Assembly: GCA_963719515.1 (NCBI GenBank)
Contig: CAVRCJ010000013.1
Span: 32,001 to 96,000, forward strand
Origin: an uncultured cyanobacterium
GTDB lineage: Bacteria; Cyanobacteriota; Cyanobacteriia; CAKZMO01
Direction: 5' to 3'
DNA length: 64,000 nt
Shown: one piece after another, positions 57,657 to 64,000 of the stretch
How the letters are laid out: each line of letters begins with the position of its first letter
Position numbering within the stretch: the stretch's first letter is position 1
The notes under the pieces: generated by a model
The model's database searches: none
Told to the model about the DNA's origin: nothing
The model's input: only the letters and a program-made list of their open reading frames with translations
Program-made: the position numbers and the translations under genes

Positions 57657-58373
57657 GTGAACGCTATTGAGATTCAGATTATTCAAGGCAACCCCCACCT
57701 GCGATCGCTGTTGAGCTGGCACCTCCAGCAGGTAGGCTTTACGGTCCACCAGTCAGCGGGTCTACAGCAGGCCAAAACCGTCGCCAATCTCTCACAGCCC
57801 GCGCTAGTTGTCCTGGATTCCGACATGCCCGACGGCGACGGCATTGAGTTTTGCCGGTGGCTACGGCCTCAAACCCCGTCTTTGATCTTGATTTTGTCTG
57901 CTCGCACCGCCGAATCTGACGTAGTGGCCGGGCTGCGCGCCGGGGCTGATGACTACTTAAGCAAGCCTTTTGGCATGCAGGAATTCTTAGCGCGGGTCGA
58001 TGCCCTAACTCGGCGCTGCCGGTCGACCACCGCCCCTGCGAAGCTAGACTACGGTGTCCTCACCATTGATTTAGTGCAGCGGCGCGTCTGCCTCAACAAC
58101 ACCTACATTGATCTGACGCCGCAAGAATTTAGCCTGCTGTATGTGCTAGCCCAGGCCAATGGAACCCCACTCACTCGCTCCGAACTGCTGCAGCGGGCTT
58201 GGCCAGACGCCATCGACAACCACCGCACCGTCGACACCCACGTGCTTTCGCTCCGAAAAAAGATCGAAGCCGAGCCCAGACAGCCCCACCTGATTCAAAC
58301 GGTCCGCAACGTCGGCTACCGGTTCAACGTCGAGGTGAGCGAGCCCGCTATGATGGCGCGCACTCCGGCCTAG
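57657..58373 (+). CDS. nrrA: OmpR-family response regulator, NrrA/Rre37-like
   Basis: GNPHLRSLL.WHLQQ, LTPQEFSLLYVLAQ, RTVDTHVLSLRKK; NtcA site upstream. Confidence 0.8.
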   Translation: MNAIEIQIIQGNPHLRSLLSWHLQQVGFTVHQSAGLQQAKTVANLSQPALVVLDSDMPDGDGIEFCRWLRPQTPSLILILSARTAESDVVAGLRAGADDYLSKPFGMQEFLARVDALTRRCRSTTAPAKLDYGVLTIDLVQRRVCLNNTYIDLTPQEFSLLYVLAQANGTPLTRSELLQRAWPDAIDNHRTVDTHVLSLRKKIEAEPRQPHLIQTVRNVGYRFNVEVSEPAMMARTPA

Positions 58374-58440
58374 CGGCGCTGCCCTATTCTCGAAAACGCC
58401 TAACGTTAGAATGAGTAAGGACATTAGGACGAGATGACGA

Positions 58441-58845
58441 ATGGAAAAGGTTCAAAAAAGCGAGCAGGATTGGCAACAGCAGCTGACCTCTGAGCAATTT
58501 CGAGTAACCCGCAAAAAGGGAACTGAGCGGGCATTTACCGGAGAACATTGGGACAACAAAGCCGAGGGGGTCTATCGCTGCGTCTGCTGCAATACGCCCC
58601 TGTTTAGCTCTGAAGCTAAGTATGACTCTGGTACGGGCTGGCCTAGCTTTTGGGCACCGCTAGAGGAAGACAACGTTGCCTTCGAAGAGGACAAAGGTCT
58701 ATTTATGAAGCGCACTGAGGTGCTGTGCGCGAGCTGCGACGCTCACCTGGGGCATGTTTTTCCTGATGGCCCTCGCCCCACGGGGCAGCGATACTGCATG
58801 AACTCTGCCTCCCTCACCTTTGAGTCGCAGTCCTCGGGGCAGTAG
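58441..58845 (+). CDS. msrB: Methionine-R-sulfoxide reductase
   Basis: GTERAFTG, GWPSF, HLGHVF.DGP, RYCMN. Confidence 0.96.
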   Translation: MEKVQKSEQDWQQQLTSEQFRVTRKKGTERAFTGEHWDNKAEGVYRCVCCNTPLFSSEAKYDSGTGWPSFWAPLEEDNVAFEEDKGLFMKRTEVLCASCDAHLGHVFPDGPRPTGQRYCMNSASLTFESQSSGQ

Positions 58846-58880
58846 CGCTCTCAGCGCTGACGCAGAGGCCGGGGACCGCA

Positions 58881-59384
58881 ATGCCCCCGGTTTTCTGGAG
58901 CGGCCAGCGGCACATAGAGGGGTGGGAGGAAGAGATCGAGTGGTCTAGCCACGCTCCCACCCCCTACATCAGCCGCAACTGGCCCCTTTTGCTCCCCGGC
59001 TGGTCCGAGCCTGTGGGCTCCGTTGTGCTGCTGCTGCAGCGCGCTCCCCTGCCGCTTGTTGCGCCATCAAAGTCTGTTGAGGTGAGCAAAACGCAGCTGC
59101 GCGATCGCGCTCTTTTGCTGGGTGGCGCTGCGGTTGAACTGCTGCAGGCCCAGGGTCACCTAGCGGCGCTGTTTGACCCCAAAACGGGGCTTCCCCTATT
59201 TTCAAGTCGGGGGAAGTCGTTAGACGATGTGGCCGTGGTGCAGTCGCTTTTAGGCTATCGAGCGGCCCGCGAGGGAGTCTGTACGCGCATCTATCATCCC
59301 CGTTGGGGGTTTGCGGTTTACCCCACAACGCTACTTTCGACAGCACCCCCAGCTCAAATCCGCGATCAGCTGGGCTTTGGCTGA
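58881..59384 (+). CDS. MMADHC/CblD-like protein
   Basis: DPKTGLP..S.RG, DDV, LLGY, C..I.HP.WG.AVYP.T. Confidence 0.65.
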   Translation: MPPVFWSGQRHIEGWEEEIEWSSHAPTPYISRNWPLLLPGWSEPVGSVVLLLQRAPLPLVAPSKSVEVSKTQLRDRALLLGGAAVELLQAQGHLAALFDPKTGLPLFSSRGKSLDDVAVVQSLLGYRAAREGVCTRIYHPRWGFAVYPTTLLSTAPPAQIRDQLGFG

Positions 59385-59824
59385 GCCGCACGAACTTTGG
59401 TATACCACCACTGCTGCTCCTCGGGCGATAGCTTGATCCAGTACATCGTCATCATGACGGACTCGGTGGGATATTCCGGGTTAAGAATTTCCACTTGGTA
59501 AGAAGGCGATCGCTTCGCCGCAATATCGGGCACAAAGCGACGGCCAACGCGCCGCCAGCTGGGCTCTTTGCTGCGCCACTGCAAGCGACAGCAGGGCCAG
59601 GGCATCTCTTCGCGGTCGAACAGACGACAGCAGGGGCCAAGGACGCGGTAGGTGAAGTGACCGCCAGGGCTAGAAAAGGTCTGCCCATGGGCCAGGAGGC
59701 GGGTCGGACGCTCAGCCTCCCTTGAAGAAACAGCAGTGCTGTCCTCTAAATTGACGGTATCCTCGCGGCGATCGCTGTCGGATTTAAGCGTGAAGGGTAA
59801 CGGAATTTGAGCTTGATAACTCAC
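59366..59824 (-). CDS. Conserved cyanobacterial hypothetical protein
   Basis: GPCCRLFDRE.MPWPCCRL.WRSKEPSWRR.G.RFVPD. Confidence 0.75.
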   Translation of the reverse strand: MSYQAQIPLPFTLKSDSDRREDTVNLEDSTAVSSREAERPTRLLAHGQTFSSPGGHFTYRVLGPCCRLFDREEMPWPCCRLQWRSKEPSWRRVGRRFVPDIAAKRSPSYQVEILNPEYPTESVMMTMYWIKLSPEEQQWWYTKVRAAQPKPS

Positions 59825-60233
59825 GGGTCACGTCCATAAGGCAATGAGATCAGGCCTAGTTCGAGAGGCCTACTCCGTATCTATCAGTGTACTGACAAAC
59901 CCCTTCCTAGGTGGGTCAGTCTCAAGAATTGGTCTTTTGAAAAGCAAATATCAGCAGTATTCAGCCCATTGTCGTCCTGTGCCAGGTGAGATCGGATTGT
60001 AAAGCTTTAGTGTGTTGCATCCTAAAACTGCTGACCCAGCGAAGTGCTAGCGAACTAGCACAGACACAATGTTGTACTGCCCGCAGTACTTGCTACGGTG
60101 AGGCTCTATCCCAATCTCTTGCCAATGCGGGCTATAGCGGACGCAATAGGTGTGAAAACTTTCACACCGCCAACAGGGCGCAGACACCTCAGTTACTTCA
60201 AACACTGGACAGTCCTTAACTCCTGACGCCTGA

Positions 60234-62240
60234 ATGAACATATTAGAGACCCCCCAGGGCCGCTTTCGCTTCGACAAGCAGCTGCTCAATCGATTTGTCG
60301 AAATTGCCCAGCCCTACTTCTACCCCACCAACGGTCGAGGAACGGGAACCTTTGTCGGGCTGCTAGCTACCATTTTGGTTCTGGTCGTTACGGTGATGTT
60401 CTTCGTCGTTGCGGGGCTGACTAAAGGGGGGCAGCTGGTTGCTAGCGATTTCTTCACGCAGCTCGCAGCGCCTTTGGTCGAACGGGTTGACGGTCTCCTC
60501 AATTCAGCGGCCCTACCCGTCGCCCTTGCCGCCCTTGCGGGATGCGCAGCAATTTTTGCGCTGCAGCACCGGGTTATGCGGCAGCGCTGGCGGCAGTGGT
60601 TCTTACTCAGTTTGCTGCTGTTCCTGGCGTTTGTCGTCAACAGCATGAACGTCGCCCTCAGCTATATCTTTCGCATTATCGACAACGCGCTCAACCAAAA
60701 AGAAGCGCCGCTGTTCTGGCAGTTTTTGTTTATCTACGCGGGGATCATTGTCTTAGCAATACCGGTGGGAGCGCTGTATCAGTACGTGCGCCAAAAGCTG
60801 GCCCTGCACTGGCGAGAGTGGCTGACGACGCTGTTTTTAACTCGATACTTTCGCAATCGCGCCTACTACGACCTCAACTCCAATGCCGTCAACCCCGAAA
60901 TTGACAACCCCGATCAGAGAATTACGGAGGACATCAAGGCCTTCACCGAAGTGACGCTGTCTTTTTTGCTGGATATTCTCGACTCGGTGCTGGGGCTAAT
61001 TTCCTTCGCTACGGTGCTTTACAGCATCTCCAAACTCCTAACTTTAGGGCTTTTAGTCTATGCAGGGATGGGGGCGGCGATCGCTATTGTCGTAGGGCAG
61101 CGGTTGATTCGCATCAACTACGATCAGCTGCGGCTAGAGGCCAACTTTCGCTACAGCATGGTGCATGTGCGCGACAACGCTGAGTCTATTGCCTTTTATC
61201 GGGGTGAGCAGCTTGAAGAAGAGCAGGTGGGAGAGCGACTGCGGCGGGTGCTGAGCAATTCCAATCTGCTAATTATTTGGAATTCTATTATCGTATTGCT
61301 GCAGCGGGGGTACAACTACTTCACGCGCATCGTGCCCTACACCATCGTTGCGCCGCTCTACCTGATGGGGGAGACGGATTTTGGCACTATTGGCCAAGCC
61401 AGCCTCGCTTTTCGCATCATCCTAGATGCCCTCTCCGTGATTACAAACCGCATTGAAGAGATCGCCAAGTTTGCGGCCAGCATCAGCCGTCTAGGGGCGT
61501 TTTACGAATGTCTCCACGACCCAACCCTTCCCCCAGCGCTGCCTCCCTCAGGCCGCCCAGCGCAATCCATCATTCAAACCCGCATCGCCCCGGCCCTGTC
61601 AATCGAGAACTTAACACTGCGCACCCCTAACTCAGAGCAAACCCTAATTGAGCAGCTGTCTCTGGAGGCGACCGTCAGCGATCGCCTGCTGGTGGTCGGG
61701 GCCAGCGGCTGCGGCAAAAGCTCCCTGCTGCGGGCGATCGCGGGGCTCTGGACCAACGGCGAGGGCGTGATTTACCGCCCTGACGTCACCAATATCTTGT
61801 TCTTGCCCCAGCAGCCCTACCTGCTGCTGGGCACCCTGCGAGACCAAATTGTCTATCCCAGCCGCTTCGATACCCTCACTGACGACGCTATCCATCAAGT
61901 TCTCAAGCAGGTGAACCTAGGCACCCTGCCTGAGCGGGTGGGGGGCCTAGACCAAGAGCGAGACTGGCCCACCCTGCTCTCCCTCGGTGAGCAGCAGCGG
62001 CTGGCCTTTGCCCGCATCTTATTAACTCAGCCCAAATACGCCATCTTAGACGAAGCCACCAGCGCCCTAGACGTGAACAACGAGCGTCACCTCTACAAGC
62101 AGCTGCGCCACATGGAAATCAGCTACCTGAGCGTGGGCCACCGGCCTAGCCTCGTCGATTACCACGACAACGTGCTTGAGCTAGGGGAGAGCCGCTGGCA
62201 GCTCACCGAGTCCAGCAGCTATCTGTTTAATCTGACCTAG
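60234..62240 (+). CDS. ABCD/YddA/BacA-like fused ABC transporter
   Basis: DNPDQRI.ED, EANFR, GASGCGKS, LSLGEQQR, LDEATSALD. Confidence 0.92.
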   Translation: MNILETPQGRFRFDKQLLNRFVEIAQPYFYPTNGRGTGTFVGLLATILVLVVTVMFFVVAGLTKGGQLVASDFFTQLAAPLVERVDGLLNSAALPVALAALAGCAAIFALQHRVMRQRWRQWFLLSLLLFLAFVVNSMNVALSYIFRIIDNALNQKEAPLFWQFLFIYAGIIVLAIPVGALYQYVRQKLALHWREWLTTLFLTRYFRNRAYYDLNSNAVNPEIDNPDQRITEDIKAFTEVTLSFLLDILDSVLGLISFATVLYSISKLLTLGLLVYAGMGAAIAIVVGQRLIRINYDQLRLEANFRYSMVHVRDNAESIAFYRGEQLEEEQVGERLRRVLSNSNLLIIWNSIIVLLQRGYNYFTRIVPYTIVAPLYLMGETDFGTIGQASLAFRIILDALSVITNRIEEIAKFAASISRLGAFYECLHDPTLPPALPPSGRPAQSIIQTRIAPALSIENLTLRTPNSEQTLIEQLSLEATVSDRLLVVGASGCGKSSLLRAIAGLWTNGEGVIYRPDVTNILFLPQQPYLLLGTLRDQIVYPSRFDTLTDDAIHQVLKQVNLGTLPERVGGLDQERDWPTLLSLGEQQRLAFARILLTQPKYAILDEATSALDVNNERHLYKQLRHMEISYLSVGHRPSLVDYHDNVLELGESRWQLTESSSYLFNLT

Positions 62241-62257
62241 GGCGGGGTCTTAGGCCG

Positions 62258-63490
62258 CTATTCAGCACCTGTGCTATCCGTGTCAGAGTCTGCATCCGGC
62301 TCCAGCGGGCGACCGTACCAGGGGCTGACCTCGACCACCCCGTTGGAGCGCAGGACCACCCGAAACTGACCAATGGGCGCTAGGGGAAGGCCATCGCCCT
62401 GAGGAAGCTGAGTGAGCTGGAGAAGCGGGGTCTGGTCGATCTGTTCTAGGGCCGCATCGTTGACGTATTTGAATCCAATGATTTCCCCGTCGCTGTTGGT
62501 GCCCACGCGGTAGATCAGTTCATCAACGCCGTCGCCGCCGTCCCATGAGCGAGAGATAGACCGCCTCAGCTTAGGAACGAGCGCGTCAATTTGGTCGGGG
62601 TCGGAAAGCGGAACGGCGTTGGTAAACAGCTCGTCAATGGCCTCTTCGTCAATCTCATCACGGCTGAGGCGATCGCGGGCCGCTGTAGCGTTGTTCGGCG
62701 CATCGGGGCTGGCCGCGAGCTGGTTGGGTTCAATGGAGCTATCGACCGGGCCGCCGCGCTCCGAATCTACTTCGTCTGGGGAAGCCTCTACTGGATCGGT
62801 GTCTTCAGGGTCAAGAGCCTCAAAATCTTCTGCGTTGGGGTCATCCCCGGCGCTAGAGGAATCCGCGCCCTCCTCGACCTCTTCGGTCACCGGGTCGCGC
62901 TCTAGCTCGGTCGGACGAAATTCTGGCGGGGCAACAAAGAAGAGGGCGATCGCCGCTGCAGCGAGGCCAGACACCCCCAACGCTGCCGGGACAACCCGCC
63001 GAGAGAGAGGCTCTTGCGGGGCAACCGAGCGCCGCGACACGGAGGAGAGGGGGAGCACGAGATCAGGCAGGGTCTGCGCGTCGGCGACGAGCTGATCCAC
63101 CGCCTCGACGAGGTCGAACAGCTGCACCGTCGTCAGATCGAGCTGCTGCACCTCAGCGCTATCGACGATGCCGCTCTCTATGGCAGTTTTGTCGGGCTGA
63201 ACCACCAGCCGGTGGCGGTTGAGCCCCAGTCGGTCTAGTCGGACGCCCTCACTGGCGCTATCGCGAGGAATATTGCTGAGGATGCCCTGCGCGTAGGTGC
63301 TCACCACCTGTGCTAGAGCCTGAACGAACTCCCGGCCCCCCACAAGCGGCTGGGGGTGGCCCGCCACGTGGCACTCGGCGTTGGTGATCATCGACAGCAC
63401 AGGGCGCGCCGTACCGTCCGCTGGGTCACTACTCCAGCCCTCAACGATTAGGCGGCAGTTGGGTAGGTCGTAATGACGCTGAATCGTCAT
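62258..63490 (-). CDS. DUF4335-family protein
   Basis: Y.LPNC.L..EG, LTTVQLFDLVEAVDQ..D, TM segment. Confidence 0.75.
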   Translation of the reverse strand: MTIQRHYDLPNCRLIVEGWSSDPADGTARPVLSMITNAECHVAGHPQPLVGGREFVQALAQVVSTYAQGILSNIPRDSASEGVRLDRLGLNRHRLVVQPDKTAIESGIVDSAEVQQLDLTTVQLFDLVEAVDQLVADAQTLPDLVLPLSSVSRRSVAPQEPLSRRVVPAALGVSGLAAAAIALFFVAPPEFRPTELERDPVTEEVEEGADSSSAGDDPNAEDFEALDPEDTDPVEASPDEVDSERGGPVDSSIEPNQLAASPDAPNNATAARDRLSRDEIDEEAIDELFTNAVPLSDPDQIDALVPKLRRSISRSWDGGDGVDELIYRVGTNSDGEIIGFKYVNDAALEQIDQTPLLQLTQLPQGDGLPLAPIGQFRVVLRSNGVVEVSPWYGRPLEPDADSDTDSTGAE

Positions 63491-64000
63491 GAAATTTCTC
63501 CATCAAATAGACTTGCCCACAGACGCTGTGGCCCAGCGGTACCCGTACAGAAGAGTAGCTGATTTAGGAGATCCAATGCTAGGTGGTTGAGCTTATCGGT
63601 ATCGCGGTAGGCGATGACCGCCGCTCGCTTGGGGTTCATGCGGGCGTGAAAGTGGGCTCTAAAGCGCTCTAAATAGTTCGCCAAACCAAAGTTGTGGTCT
63701 AGGGAAAGCTGTTTGTCCTGCAGCTGCTGGTGGGCGAGCAGCAGCTGCCGAATCGTAGCCGTCAGCCGGCGAGAGAGGTGGCAGGTAATGAGGGCCAGCG
63801 CCTTAGCCTCCCGCAGTGTCATCGGCTGGCGCTGGCTGTTGCGCCGCAGGGGGTTAGTGCTGCGCAGTCGCCACAGGTTAACGCGATCGCCCACAACAGG
63901 CTGCAGGTCTAAATCTGCCGAAATTCGCAACAGCGCCTCGGACCCTCTCAAGTCAAGCGCTTCAACAGCGAGCAGCAGCAGATCGAGCTGCTGCCGCGCC
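63487..64000 (-). CDS. DUF3038-family protein (5' end beyond the window)
   Basis: QLDLLLLAVEAL, RV.LWRLRSTNPLR, LLFC.G.AG..RLW.SLFDGE. Confidence 0.8.
   Translation of the reverse strand, partial: ARQQLDLLLLAVEALDLRGSEALLRISADLDLQPVVGDRVNLWRLRSTNPLRRNSQRQPMTLREAKALALITCHLSRRLTATIRQLLLAHQQLQDKQLSLDHNFGLANYLERFRAHFHARMNPKRAAVIAYRDTDKLNHLALDLLNQLLFCTGTAGPQRLWASLFDGEIS

Noticed and set aside
1..64000. CRISPR array or cas genes
   Set aside because: No regularly spaced direct repeats seen; the RuvC proteins are ~400-aa TnpBs inside IS ends
1..64000. Very frequent GCGATCGC as a novel repeat
   Set aside because: This is the well-known cyanobacterial HIP1 octamer

Overview
Chromosomal window from a moderately GC-rich cyanobacterium. 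The HIP1 octamer GCGATCGC is very frequent, and the genes include sir, thrS, hemE, murQ, purQ, msrB, an nrrA-like regulator with a canonical NtcA promoter, and tRNA-Arg(UCU). Accessory genes are mixed in: an mbnP-mbnH-porin cassette, a TipA-like MerR regulator fused to a Clp N-domain, a lone TIR-TIR-SLOG defence-like protein, a Zn-knuckle/solute-binding membrane protein beside a 1178-aa tubulin-like protein, and an ArsS radical SAM pair. The strongest pattern is seven related IS200/IS605-family (IS1341-type) elements. Two carry tnpB with intact catalytic motifs. Five are non-coding deletion derivatives that keep the right end and all or part of the tnpB 3' (omega-RNA) region; three of these also keep a left end and a -10 box. 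They could act as dispersed TnpB guide-RNA cassettes. The left-end guide tetranucleotides co-vary with the target tetranucleotide (AAGT/TTAA versus AAGC/TTAG). A duplicated TMEM14 3' end plus promoter flanks the mbn cassette, confirms one empty insertion site, and is a near-cognate self-target. All calls come from reading motifs by eye; no database searches were run.
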